DNA from: Nitrososphaerota archaeon
Lineage (GTDB): Archaea; Thermoproteota; Nitrososphaeria; Nitrososphaerales; Nitrosopumilaceae
Length of the DNA stretch: 64,000 bases
Reading direction: 5' to 3'
NCBI GenBank assembly: GCA_028867755.1
Contig: JAGWFT010000002.1
Location: 208,018-272,017 of the forward strand
Shown piece by piece: positions 29,656 to 39,183 of the stretch. The position numbers and the translations under genes are program-made. Numbering within the stretch: position 1 is the stretch's first letter; every line of letters begins with the position of its first letter. The notes under the pieces were generated by a model. It did no database searches and was not told the origin of the DNA. It was given only the letters and a program-made list of their open reading frames with translations.

Positions 29656-30588
29656 ATGAGTATGAATCAGACAGTTCTAATCTGTGATCAGGTTGATAAA
29701 ATATTAAATGAGATCTTGCAAAAAAATGGTCTCAAGATTACTTACGAGCCAGAGATTACTCCTGAACAAATCAAGGAGAAGATTGGCAATTATGAAATTG
29801 TGATAGTGCGAAGCAGGACCAAACTAACAAAGGATCTGATAGAACAAGCGTCCAAATGTAAAATAATTGCGCGAGTGGGAGTAGGTCTTGACAACATTGA
29901 TGTTGACGCTGCAAAGACAAAGAACATTCGAGTAATTAATGCAGTGGAAGGCGCGATGAATGCTGTGGCAGAACTTGTCCTAGGATTGATGCTCTCTCTT
30001 GCAAGAGAGATACCAAGGGCGGACAGAGAGATACGAAATGGCAAGTGGCTAAAAAAGGAATTGATGGGCAGTGAACTTTCTGGAAAATATCTTGGAATAG
30101 TTGGACTAGGCAACATTGGAAAAAAACTTGCAAGACATGCAAAGGCTCTGAATATGAATATCATAGGATTTGATGTTATGCCTATACCGGACGAATTCTC
30201 AAGGGAAGTGGGACTGATCAAGGCAGACTTGGACACTTTATTATCAAGTGCAGATTTCATATCATTTCATGTTCCATTTACTCCGGAGACATATCATCTT
30301 GTAAATGCACAAAGACTGTCAAAGATGAAAAAAACAACACACATCATTAACACATCAAGAGGAGAGATAATCAATGAAGAAGATCTTTACAGTGCATTAA
30401 AGGAAGGAAAGATTGCAGGAGCAGCCTTGGATGTATTTGAAAAAGAGCCTGCAACAGGAAACAAACTTGCCACTCTTCCAAATGTAATCTGCACTCCTCA
30501 CATAGGAGCCCAGACAAGAGAAGCTCAGGCTTTAGCTGCAAATGTTATAGCAGAAAAGATAATAATGATTCTTCGTGGCGTAATCTAG
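29656..30588 (+). CDS. serA: D-3-phosphoglycerate dehydrogenase / D-2-hydroxyacid dehydrogenase
   Basis: RVGVGLDNID, GLGNIG, NTSRG, ALDVF..EP, TPHIGAQT. Confidence 0.8.
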   Translation: MSMNQTVLICDQVDKILNEILQKNGLKITYEPEITPEQIKEKIGNYEIVIVRSRTKLTKDLIEQASKCKIIARVGVGLDNIDVDAAKTKNIRVINAVEGAMNAVAELVLGLMLSLAREIPRADREIRNGKWLKKELMGSELSGKYLGIVGLGNIGKKLARHAKALNMNIIGFDVMPIPDEFSREVGLIKADLDTLLSSADFISFHVPFTPETYHLVNAQRLSKMKKTTHIINTSRGEIINEEDLYSALKEGKIAGAALDVFEKEPATGNKLATLPNVICTPHIGAQTREAQALAANVIAEKIIMILRGVI

Positions 30589-30590
30589 AC

Positions 30591-31355
30591 TTGGTACGCC
30601 TAGCGCTTGCAGTGCCTGTATTATTTCTGGTATGCTTTTCATTAGTTCCAGTCTTTGCAGATGTGAATACCTTTCCAGTTATTTTTGGTAGTACATATCA
30701 GGTAAATTACAACGCAAATGGAGTCAAGATACAAAGCATTGAGCCAAATCCGAAATATGATGAACTTACCGTGTCAGTTCAGGTTTCAAGCCCAAACGCA
30801 TCTCTTGATCTCACAATACCTCGTGCGCTACTTGATTCAAAACAAAACAATAACGACATTCCGTTTATTGCAGTAATTGACGGGACACTGGAAAATATTG
30901 AAGAAAAAAATCCAACTGGCTCCACAAGAACAATCTCCATACAACTCACTCCTGACAATAAGCAAATTGAGATAATTGGTACATATCTTGTTACACCTAA
31001 ACAAAACAATGGCGGTACTACAGTACCATCTAACCCTTCATTACAAACTACTACAACAGAGTCAGACCAAACCGAAAATACCACCCATGTACCAACTACG
31101 GCACCAACTCAGGTGCCTCCATCTACGACACAATACGTTCCTCCAACAACTCAAACAAACATAACGCAAGAAAATATGGGAAACCAAACAAACACAGGAC
31201 AAAATATTGTTTTCAAGATACCGTATCTTCCTAACATGACAATAAGTCTTAGTCCAATTGATTATGCTGTAATTGGAGCTATATTGCTTGTTGTAATAAT
31301 TGTAATTACAAGTGCTGCAAGAAAAAGGCCAAATAAAATTACAAAGAAACAATAA
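30591..31355 (+). CDS. Secreted, C-terminally anchored thaumarchaeal surface protein with a Pro/Thr linker
   Basis: Signal peptide, beta domain ending IEIIGT, T/P/Q-rich spacer, TM helix plus basic tail. Confidence 0.75.
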   Translation: MVRLALAVPVLFLVCFSLVPVFADVNTFPVIFGSTYQVNYNANGVKIQSIEPNPKYDELTVSVQVSSPNASLDLTIPRALLDSKQNNNDIPFIAVIDGTLENIEEKNPTGSTRTISIQLTPDNKQIEIIGTYLVTPKQNNGGTTVPSNPSLQTTTTESDQTENTTHVPTTAPTQVPPSTTQYVPPTTQTNITQENMGNQTNTGQNIVFKIPYLPNMTISLSPIDYAVIGAILLVVIIVITSAARKRPNKITKKQ

Positions 31356-31357
31356 GC

Positions 31358-31984
31358 CTAGATCTTCATTATGTTAGATTCTAAAAGATATTCTACTGCA
31401 TGACCAAAATCATAATCTGAGATAGAACCGTTTGACCACCAGAGTGCATCATTTTTGAACCATGATGGGATAACCGTCATATTTTGCTCGTGATAGTTGT
31501 TTGTCTTGATAATTCCTGAATTGACAAGATAGGAAATATTCTCTCCAAATAATTTACTGGATGTCTGATTTTGGGCCCAAGAACCTGCGACTGCCTTGAA
31601 CTGTGGAGGGATTGCAATATTTTCTGTATCTACAATCTGAAAACTTGTGGTTACACTGGCTCCAGCGTATTGAACTTTGATAAAATATGTGCCAGGAAGA
31701 AAAGTAGTTCTATAAAATGGGACTGGTGCAGTGATATTTGAGACAGGCTTTGTAATTATCATGTCGATTGGAGATGATGACTGGTTTGATTGGTCCACTA
31801 TCTCCAAAATTGCAGTACCTCCAGTAACATTTGAAACTATAACTGAAAAAGAAAGACTGTCGCCATATTGGTAAGTTGGCTTGCTTGTGACTATTGAAAT
31901 CTGTGGTGATGCATATGACGTACTAACTAACCCCAGAAATGCTATTGATGCTATGAAGATCGATACAGCCATAAACTTCTTCAT
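31358..31984 (-). CDS. Secreted protein with tandem thaumarchaeal IPxW..WW..G.ISD surface modules
   Basis: Signal peptide; IPPQFKAVAGSWAQ and IPSWFKNDALWWSNGSISDYDF. Confidence 0.75.
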   Translation of the reverse strand: MKKFMAVSIFIASIAFLGLVSTSYASPQISIVTSKPTYQYGDSLSFSVIVSNVTGGTAILEIVDQSNQSSSPIDMIITKPVSNITAPVPFYRTTFLPGTYFIKVQYAGASVTTSFQIVDTENIAIPPQFKAVAGSWAQNQTSSKLFGENISYLVNSGIIKTNNYHEQNMTVIPSWFKNDALWWSNGSISDYDFGHAVEYLLESNIMKI

Positions 31985-32028
31985 ATAATCCGCAGCAATC
32001 TAATTTCATAATAGGGTTTTGGATTTTT

Positions 32029-32067
32029 CTAATGTTATCGCATTAGCTATGACTGTATGTACAGTCA
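32029..32067. promoter_or_regulatory. Two adjacent inverted repeats in a divergent promoter region
   Basis: CTAATG-N6-CATTAG (32029-32046) and TGACTGTA-TG-TACAGTCA (32050-32067). Confidence 0.5.
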
Positions 32068-32135
32068 AGTGTTGAACGCCAGAGAACTTTATTACTTAAC
32101 AGAATATTAAGGGGTAATTTGGTAGTGCGAAGTAT

Positions 32136-32594
32136 ATGCTCAGTCATCAAGAACAAATCTGGCTGAAAATGTGGAAAGAAAACTCTCCTGAGCTTAGAGC
32201 AAAAGCTGTAGAATGGAGAAAGCAGCACGCCCTGGAAAGAATTGAAAGACCAAGCAGGCTGCAAAAGGCAAGACAACTTGGATACAAGGCAAAGCAGGGA
32301 ATTGTGGTAGTAAGAATGCGCGTGGGACGAGGTAACATGCGCAAAAAGAGACCTGTTGCTGGAAGAAGACCAAAACATCTTGGTGTATTGAGAATAAAAC
32401 CAGCTCTTAGTATGCAGAGAGTTGCAGAACGCAGAGTTTTGGAAAGATTTCCTAACATGAAACTTCTCGGTTCGTATTATCTTTACCAAGATGGTGTCTA
32501 TTTGTGGTACGAGATCATATTGGCAGATCCATCTCATAGACGAATATCTGCAGATAAGGAAATGCGCGGCAAAATTGCTGGCTTGAAGAATTGA
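32136..32594 (+). CDS. rpl15e: 50S ribosomal protein L15e
   Basis: RIERPSRLQKARQLGYKAKQG, GRRPK, VAERR, WYEIILADP. Confidence 0.95.
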   Translation: MLSHQEQIWLKMWKENSPELRAKAVEWRKQHALERIERPSRLQKARQLGYKAKQGIVVVRMRVGRGNMRKKRPVAGRRPKHLGVLRIKPALSMQRVAERRVLERFPNMKLLGSYYLYQDGVYLWYEIILADPSHRRISADKEMRGKIAGLKN

Positions 32595-33100
32595 AGATAT
32601 TTCTTTTCTTAACTTTTGTACTTGTTTTGAGTTTGTCATCGGCGTTATTTTCAACTGAGGCTTTTGGCCAAGCAGTGAGTTTAAAAAACTTTAACCATCC
32701 TGGAATAAAATGGGGTTGGCCCATCAAGGCAGAACAATATGTATTTACGGTGAACACAACCTCGAACTATGATATGCAAAATGTAACATTTAACAAAGAT
32801 GCCAAGACACTGACGTTTCTTGGCAACAGTTCTCATACTGGCAACATTGCAGAAATAGAGATACCGACTAACCTTATTGGAGGAAACTATACTGTTTATC
32901 AAGATGGCAATCAAGTCTCGCCTATCATACTGAAGAATGCAAATCTCACTACAGTGATCTTAAAGTTTAACGACACTGGAAATGTAAAGACTGACGTAAT
33001 AGGCACGACATATCTTCCAGAGTTTGCAGATATTGCCCCAATTGTCATGGTAGTTTCTTTTGGAATTTTGTTTCTGACTACGAAATACCGTAAAATCTAG
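32591..33100 (+). CDS. PEF(G)-CTERM-type sorted surface protein
   Basis: Signal peptide; C-terminal LPEFA, TM helix and KYRK. Confidence 0.8.
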   Translation: MKIFLFLTFVLVLSLSSALFSTEAFGQAVSLKNFNHPGIKWGWPIKAEQYVFTVNTTSNYDMQNVTFNKDAKTLTFLGNSSHTGNIAEIEIPTNLIGGNYTVYQDGNQVSPIILKNANLTTVILKFNDTGNVKTDVIGTTYLPEFADIAPIVMVVSFGILFLTTKYRKI

Positions 33101-33789
33101 TAATATCCATTCATGTAGTCTTCCCACATATTTGAACGCGTGGCAAACTTGTTGATCTGGTAAAATATTCCGCCGACTATTCCTGCTTGATAGCACGCAT
33201 ACAAGTAAACTTGAGAGTGTGTAGGGTCGTTATGTGTCAGGCTTAGGGCAATAATTGTGAAAAAAATGTATGTTCCAACAAAAGTGAAAACCCTACTTAG
33301 AAAGCCATCCATACCTACTATTCTCTTGGTCGCAGCTGCCATCATCGTAATGCTTGATACTATGAGAAACGTTAATCCGCCATTTGCCTGGACGAATTCA
33401 TTTGTCCATTGTAATACCCCTTCTTTCCAAATGGAGTCTTGTGGAGGATGAACTCCCCCATGGAGTGCAAATGAAACTGATGTGAATATTGAACCCATCA
33501 TAAAGATGAACAAAAATATCTTGATTATTCCTCTCCTTGTAGGACTTCGAGGTGCTGTAGGTGACATTACTCGTTCTGCCATCTTGATTCCATAAAGTAG
33601 ACCAATAAGAAAAGATGGAATGAACATCAAATCGATAATTATTGGAGCCTGTCTGATGGCTTTGTCAATGTCAGCTCCAAATACTGTGGAGATTAGTATT
33701 GAAAGAGTGGCTGCTCCAACAAACATGCCAATATCTATCCAGCTTCTTTTGTGTCGAAGCTCAAATAAGTCAGGTCCCCATTCGTCCAA
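33097..33789 (-). CDS. Multi-pass membrane protein, hypothetical
   Basis: About six hydrophobic segments. Confidence 0.7.
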   Translation of the reverse strand: MDEWGPDLFELRHKRSWIDIGMFVGAATLSILISTVFGADIDKAIRQAPIIIDLMFIPSFLIGLLYGIKMAERVMSPTAPRSPTRRGIIKIFLFIFMMGSIFTSVSFALHGGVHPPQDSIWKEGVLQWTNEFVQANGGLTFLIVSSITMMAAATKRIVGMDGFLSRVFTFVGTYIFFTIIALSLTHNDPTHSQVYLYACYQAGIVGGIFYQINKFATRSNMWEDYMNGYY

Positions 33790-33895
33790 ATCTGAGATTT
33801 GCTTTATGAAAGTGCATTAAAGAAAGAAATCCAAATGATTTTGCCTATTTTATCAACTCCTTTTACTTTTTATTGGAATTGTATTATGCAGTAGC

Positions 33896-34108
33896 ATGCA
33901 AATAGGAACGCCAATGATGGGTGTAGGAATAATTATTCTTGCGTTTGGTGTACTTTTCTTTTTGCAAGGAAACTCGATTGTTGGTCCCCACTCATCTTTC
34001 ATGTACTCTAATCCTAAATGGATTGTAAATGGCGAGTTGATATCTTCTGTGGGTGTTGGGATTATTGGACTGGGAATTGGAATTAGCTTACGACGCCCAA
34101 GGTCATAG
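33896..34108 (+). CDS. Small two-TM membrane protein
   Basis: Two hydrophobic helices flanking GPHSSFMYSNPKW; basic tail. Confidence 0.65.
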   Translation: MQIGTPMMGVGIIILAFGVLFFLQGNSIVGPHSSFMYSNPKWIVNGELISSVGVGIIGLGIGISLRRPRS

Positions 34109-34313
34109 TTGACCTAACTTTTTCCATCTTTCTGATCTTCTTTGTGATTAGGTTATCCAGTTGGGTATCAGTGCTTGCTTCTGCTTCTACCACGATATCA
34201 TAGTCTCCATAGACAACTCTTGCGTCCTTGACCTTGTCCATATGCTTTATCTTCTCTACTATCTCGCCTTCTGCGCCAAGTTCGCAGCCAATCAAAATGT
34301 ATGCTTTTTCCAT
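34083..34313 (-). CDS. Stand-alone Lrp/AsnC ligand-binding (RAM) domain protein
   Basis: AYILI.CE.G.E, VYGDYDIVV, IRKMEKVRSTMTL; no HTH. Confidence 0.9.
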   Translation of the reverse strand: MEKAYILIGCELGAEGEIVEKIKHMDKVKDARVVYGDYDIVVEAEASTDTQLDNLITKKIRKMEKVRSTMTLGVVS

Positions 34314-34469
34314 AGTAGATATCCAATATCATCTTCTTTAAATCCTTCTTGGGCTTTCATGTATTTTTATTCTTGTCAGCCTTCAGAAATCTAATTTATT
34401 TGCTAGATTTTATAGTAGGATAAGGAATTAGTTCTAGAGTTTTTAAATGCCCTGTATCTAACAAACCTT

Positions 34470-34736
34470 ATGGGACTTTTTGGTAAGACAAAACAAAAAG
34501 ACAAGAATGTAGAAAAACTAAGCGCCTTATTTGACAAGTTCGACTATCCGCATCTTGAAAAACTGTGTGCCGACGTGATAAAAATATCTCCAAGACCACC
34601 TGGCGGTGAACATTTGGAGAGAATACAGTATCTAGAGTTTGTCTGGGAACAATACAAGAAAGGGACAGTCAATTTTCAGCAAATCGAGGATTTTGCAGTA
34701 AGTCAAGAAATAATTCCAAAAGATTTCTTTGAGTAA
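34470..34736 (+). CDS. Hypothetical protein
   Basis: Clean ORF in a gap between genes; MGLFGK start typical of the lineage. Confidence 0.65.
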   Translation: MGLFGKTKQKDKNVEKLSALFDKFDYPHLEKLCADVIKISPRPPGGEHLERIQYLEFVWEQYKKGTVNFQQIEDFAVSQEIIPKDFFE

Positions 34737-34743
34737 ATTTTTA

Positions 34744-36234
34744 TCAAGTGGATATTTCTAGAGTCTTGAGAACATTTGTTTTAAGATCATAGACTCGTAT
34801 TAGGTGATTGTTGGTGTCTGAAATGTATATCTTGTCTTGATAAATCTCCACATCGCTTGGTTCATAGAGTTCAAGTGAATCACAATTTGGATCATCAAGC
34901 CTGCAAATTCCAGACATACCCTGCTTTCCAATCAGTGTTGACATCTTTTCGTTTTTCAAATCTATGACTCTTAATGCAGAGTTGTAAGTGTCTGCAACAA
35001 AAATTTGATTTGATATGACGCATAATCCTAGAGGATGTTGTAAGAGTGCCTCGTCAAGGTGACCATCTTTGTATCCAAAGGCAAAAAGCCCTTGCCCTAC
35101 AATCGTTCTAACATAGCCAGACTGTAGATCTATCTCGCGAATTGATGAGGTTTCACTGTCTGCAAAGTATAAACTGTTATCACGTATTGAAAGACCGCTT
35201 GGCTGAGCAAGTTGCGCCTGCATTCTATTCCCATCTATGATGTTCTCATGACCATTTCCAGCAAAAGGTAGAACCATACCTGTCTTGATGTCATACGTCC
35301 ATATCTGATGGTTTCCTGCCATTGCAATGAAAATGAGATTGTCTCTTACAGCAACATCCCACGGTGAAGAAAGCGATGTCTCTTTTCCTTTTCCTCCACT
35401 TGATACCCATGATCCTTGTTTTCCTGTACCTGCAACAGTTACTACATTTCTTGCAATCAGGTCTATCTTTCGTATGGCGTGGTTTTCAGTATCGGCAACA
35501 AAGATGAGGTCATCTTTCCAAACTACTCCCTGTGGCCTAAAAAATGAGGTTTTTACAAAACTTCCATCGACCAGTCCTGTCTTTCCGTTTCCTACGATAT
35601 GCTCAATTTTACCTGTCATGTCGGTTATTATGATTCTGTTGTGATTTGAATCAGAAATTGCTATCTTGTTATTTGATATTGATATCTTGCCTGGGTAGGA
35701 AAGAACTGCCTTGTCTTGTGAAATGTGGTGGGTAATTTTGATTGGCTCTTTGGCAAGACCTCCATTTTTGCCATATTTTTCTAGCAGAACATCGATGGTA
35801 TCCTCTATCACTTCTTTTTGGCCCTCACCAGATTGCTTGTAGACTACAATACCGTTTGGATCAATAATTACAATTGTAGGCCAGCCGCTCACGTCATATT
35901 TTTGCCAGATTGTCATTTGTTTATCGACTAAAACAGGATGTGATATTTCATAACGCTTCACGGCCTGTTCTATGTTCTTCCTATCCTGCTCGTTGAAGAA
36001 TTTTGCAGAATGGACTCCTATGAATACAACCGGCCTTTTCTCATATTTTCTTTCAAGCTGGGAAAGAATTGGTAATGTATGCATGCAATTTATACAACAA
36101 TACGTCCAAAAGTCTAAAACCACCACATGTCCTCTGAGTTTTTCAAGTGAGAGGGGCTCGGTTGAATTAATCCAGTCAAAACCTAATGGAAATTCTGGAG
36201 CCATTGTGACTCTGGTATAAAACTTGTCGAACAC
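34744..36234 (-). CDS. Thioredoxin-like plus NHL-repeat protein (NHLRC2/SOQ1-like architecture)
   Basis: DFWTYCCINC followed by repeated F..P.G/ADTENH.IR units. Confidence 0.9.
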   Translation of the reverse strand: MFDKFYTRVTMAPEFPLGFDWINSTEPLSLEKLRGHVVVLDFWTYCCINCMHTLPILSQLERKYEKRPVVFIGVHSAKFFNEQDRKNIEQAVKRYEISHPVLVDKQMTIWQKYDVSGWPTIVIIDPNGIVVYKQSGEGQKEVIEDTIDVLLEKYGKNGGLAKEPIKITHHISQDKAVLSYPGKISISNNKIAISDSNHNRIIITDMTGKIEHIVGNGKTGLVDGSFVKTSFFRPQGVVWKDDLIFVADTENHAIRKIDLIARNVVTVAGTGKQGSWVSSGGKGKETSLSSPWDVAVRDNLIFIAMAGNHQIWTYDIKTGMVLPFAGNGHENIIDGNRMQAQLAQPSGLSIRDNSLYFADSETSSIREIDLQSGYVRTIVGQGLFAFGYKDGHLDEALLQHPLGLCVISNQIFVADTYNSALRVIDLKNEKMSTLIGKQGMSGICRLDDPNCDSLELYEPSDVEIYQDKIYISDTNNHLIRVYDLKTNVLKTLEIST

Positions 36235-36465
36235 ATTTGAATGATAGATACATGATAATAAAAATTCTTACTAGTAATTTTTATCTAATCTTTAGGTACT
36301 GAGAAATAAAATGTGGTTCCTTCTCCTTCTTCACTTTCAAACCGGATCTACCAGGATGTAAGTGATTGATGGAATTAGTCGACAAAACACCTAATTCTCA
36401 ATATAAGAAACAATGTTAAATTGGAGCATGTCCTAGGTTTTCAACTTTTTCACAAACCTTTTTGA

Positions 36466-37320
36466 TCATGTTCTATTTTTTGTTATGATAAATTTTCCTC
36501 CAAGTATCATTTGATTTGAAAATATTGTTTCTTTTTTCTTATCATCACTAAGAATTGTTGAAAAGTTAGAAGTAGTTTTAATTACAGTGCCAGAATATTT
36601 GTCAGATGAATTTGTTAATTCAATATGATCACCTTCTGCAAAAGGCAACTGCTGGTTAGAGGGAACCTCTTTTGTTATTCTAATATTACCTTGAATTATA
36701 GCACTGTTTGGAACAACGTATTCCGCACCTTGCTCAGTCATTACTTTTGTGTACATCATGGTTATTTCTTCGATTTTTCCTCGAACATTGTCGTTTACTA
36801 TGACTACAGAATCGCCTATCTTGGCAGGAAATGTAGTAAGCATCAATCCGCCTGAAAAAATATTTCCTATTATTGTTGAGGTGCCGATTCCGAATACAAT
36901 GGCTGTCACACCTCCACCAACAAGAATCTCCTGTGGGTCGACATCCCATTGATACAATATTGATATGCATGTGATTAAAGCAATGAATACAATTACAAAA
37001 AATGAAAGCCCTGAAGAAATTCGTGGGTGAATTTTATTTGAAAATTTATGCAAAATACGTCGTGTAATTATGATGATTACAAGTGAGATAGTAATTGTGA
37101 TTACACTACCTACTATTTGAATATGAGAGTGTTTTAAGCCAATTATTGGTCCAGCGAAGATCTCAAAGATATACAGAGTGGACCATGATCCAATTACTAT
37201 GATGAATGTTTTTATTGCAAGGCTTGAGAGTTCTTTTCGTAAGGTAGATTGTTGTTTAGAATTGAATAATATTTTTTCATCTTTACCATAATTTCTCATA
37301 GTCTTTACATCTTCTAACAC
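36466..37320 (-). CDS. MscS-family mechanosensitive channel
   Basis: TM helices with GGGVTAIVFGIG, GNIFSGG, IGDSV...RGKIEEI...T...VPNS. Confidence 0.85.
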   Translation of the reverse strand: MLEDVKTMRNYGKDEKILFNSKQQSTLRKELSSLAIKTFIIVIGSWSTLYIFEIFAGPIIGLKHSHIQIVGSVITITISLVIIIITRRILHKFSNKIHPRISSGLSFFVIVFIALITCISILYQWDVDPQEILVGGGVTAIVFGIGTSTIIGNIFSGGLMLTTFPAKIGDSVVIVNDNVRGKIEEITMMYTKVMTEQGAEYVVPNSAIIQGNIRITKEVPSNQQLPFAEGDHIELTNSSDKYSGTVIKTTSNFSTILSDDKKKETIFSNQMILGGKFIITKNRT

Positions 37321-37499
37321 GTTCTAATAGATAAAAATTTGGAATAAATCCAAGTACACACTGCAAATCCCCCGCATACAATAACAATGGTCATCAAACT
37401 CTGTTTTAGTCCACTATCTTGTTCTATACTGGATTGCTCCAACATGTCAATGATATGATTACGTAGAACAATTGCATCAACTACGTGTCTTTGTTCCAT
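37314..37499 (-). CDS. Small single-TM hypothetical protein
   Basis: 61 aa with a C-terminal hydrophobic helix; overlaps the mscS start. Confidence 0.45.
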   Translation of the reverse strand: MEQRHVVDAIVLRNHIIDMLEQSSIEQDSGLKQSLMTIVIVCGGFAVCTWIYSKFLSIRTC

Positions 37500-37537
37500 A
37501 TTTAGAGTTCCAAGTATACTGTCATCTTTTTTAAGAC

Positions 37538-37963
37538 ATGGATGATCACTTGTGTATGGTAGGATTATTTAGCAAAGAAAAAGCATTTTGTACTGTTTGC
37601 AAGAAGGAACTATCCCACAAGCACAAGCCAAAGAAAAGCTGGAATGTAACAGGTTCGCTGTGTGGCAATTGCCATGTAGATTTGATGAAAGAACATTTTG
37701 AAGACGACAATGACAACAAGTGTGTTCTTTGTGGTGCAACACCTGGTTCATTTAATTTATGGAAATCAAAAAAAGAATGGGGAGTACAAGGGTGGCTATG
37801 TAAGCCTTGTTTTGATCAAAAAGAAAAACAAGATGATGAATTGAAAAAATTTTGTTGCCTATGCGGTGCAAAGGTTGGTTTTATCAGCTATGCACCAAAA
37901 AAAGAGTGGAATCTAAAAGGACAGGTATGTAAAAACTGCTGGAACTCTAGAACAAAAAATTAG
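37538..37963 (+). CDS. Cys-rich protein with three tandem CxxC...W..xG..CxxC zinc-finger-like repeats
   Basis: CTVC..CGNC, CVLC..CKPC, CCLC..CKNC; true start may be the MVGLFSK Met. Confidence 0.8.
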   Translation: MDDHLCMVGLFSKEKAFCTVCKKELSHKHKPKKSWNVTGSLCGNCHVDLMKEHFEDDNDNKCVLCGATPGSFNLWKSKKEWGVQGWLCKPCFDQKEKQDDELKKFCCLCGAKVGFISYAPKKEWNLKGQVCKNCWNSRTKN

Positions 37964-37980
37964 TTTGTAATTCTGATATG

Positions 37981-39180
37981 TTAGAAACCTGCTGCAATAG
38001 GATCCGATGGTTTCATTACCTCTCGCAATAAAATGGTTGCGTATGAGCCTCTTGAAAGTGTGAAACTCACATGTGGTTGGCTTGTTACAAAATCTTTGCA
38101 GATGATAACTGCATGTCTGAATCCGCCTTCTCCACTTATCTCCTGCATCTCTTTTACAAAAAAATCCTTTGAGCTTATCTGTTCTTCTTGAAGGATTTTT
38201 GATATCTGATAGTCAAACCTGTTTCTCTTTGAATATGAATAGCCAACAAGTGGTATGGCTAGATTTTGATCTGGGTCATTTTGATATCTACCAAGATTGT
38301 CATCCTTGTCATAGCACACGTCATCTGCTTGTGGTTGAAATAGATTCTCTCCCATTTCATATGCCATGCTGATAACACGATTAAAAATAAATGATTGATA
38401 TGCCTCAACAAAAAACCTTCTCAGCGATATGGGTATAATGCGTAATGCCTTTAGAGCATCACCATGCTCTATCATTTCCTTTAGGACGACTCTCTCAATG
38501 TCCATCTGGGGGGGAACATCATTGAAGACCTTTGAATAGTTTGTTCTGTCCTTGAGAAGTTCTCTAATTTTGTTGTTTTCAGGAAGGTCATATTCTGAGG
38601 TATACCCAAGCATGATTTCAATAACTTGGTCAAAATTTCTCTGTATCATTGCCTTTCCTATTAGGTGAGATACTGCCCTCTTGCTCCCAAATCTTTGGTA
38701 GCCGTAAAAGTTTAGAACCTTGTCATACTGGTCAAAGCCTGAAATCTTTGAAAAATCAGCATCCTCTATTTTGATCTTAAAGCGATTTCCAACCATATCC
38801 TTCTTTGTAAGTGGTTTTTGTACAAAACCTATTCTTTCAAGCGTATACCTGTTTGTTGTTATGTTTTCATGTGTATGTGATGTAGACATGTCGCAAACAA
38901 ATTGTTCAGTTATAGCATTTGCATCCTTTAACCCAAGAGCTTTTAATCGCAGGCCATATTTTTTTAATATGTCTGAGAGAGCATGGTTTGTATCAATTCC
39001 AGATTTTTTTAATCTAAAGACAGCATAATTTCCAGATTTTGAAATTTTGTCAAGTGTTTTCTCTCGCAAGACCTCTGACACAAAGAATTGATCCTGTGTT
39101 GTTCGTATCCTTCCTCCAGTACCCTGAGTCTTGGTGCTATAGATAGAAATTCCAATTATGTTATCTAATTTTGGAACCAC
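37981..39180 (-). CDS. truD: tRNA pseudouridine(13) synthase
   Basis: GLKDANAITEQ, GNRFKI, NFYGYQRFG, GSYATILLRE. Confidence 0.93.
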   Translation of the reverse strand: MVPKLDNIIGISIYSTKTQGTGGRIRTTQDQFFVSEVLREKTLDKISKSGNYAVFRLKKSGIDTNHALSDILKKYGLRLKALGLKDANAITEQFVCDMSTSHTHENITTNRYTLERIGFVQKPLTKKDMVGNRFKIKIEDADFSKISGFDQYDKVLNFYGYQRFGSKRAVSHLIGKAMIQRNFDQVIEIMLGYTSEYDLPENNKIRELLKDRTNYSKVFNDVPPQMDIERVVLKEMIEHGDALKALRIIPISLRRFFVEAYQSFIFNRVISMAYEMGENLFQPQADDVCYDKDDNLGRYQNDPDQNLAIPLVGYSYSKRNRFDYQISKILQEEQISSKDFFVKEMQEISGEGGFRHAVIICKDFVTSQPHVSFTLSRGSYATILLREVMKPSDPIAAGF

Positions 39181-39183
39181 TTC

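Noticed and set aside
32043-32654. 203-aa and 103-aa minus-strand ORFs
   Set aside because: Antisense to rpl15e
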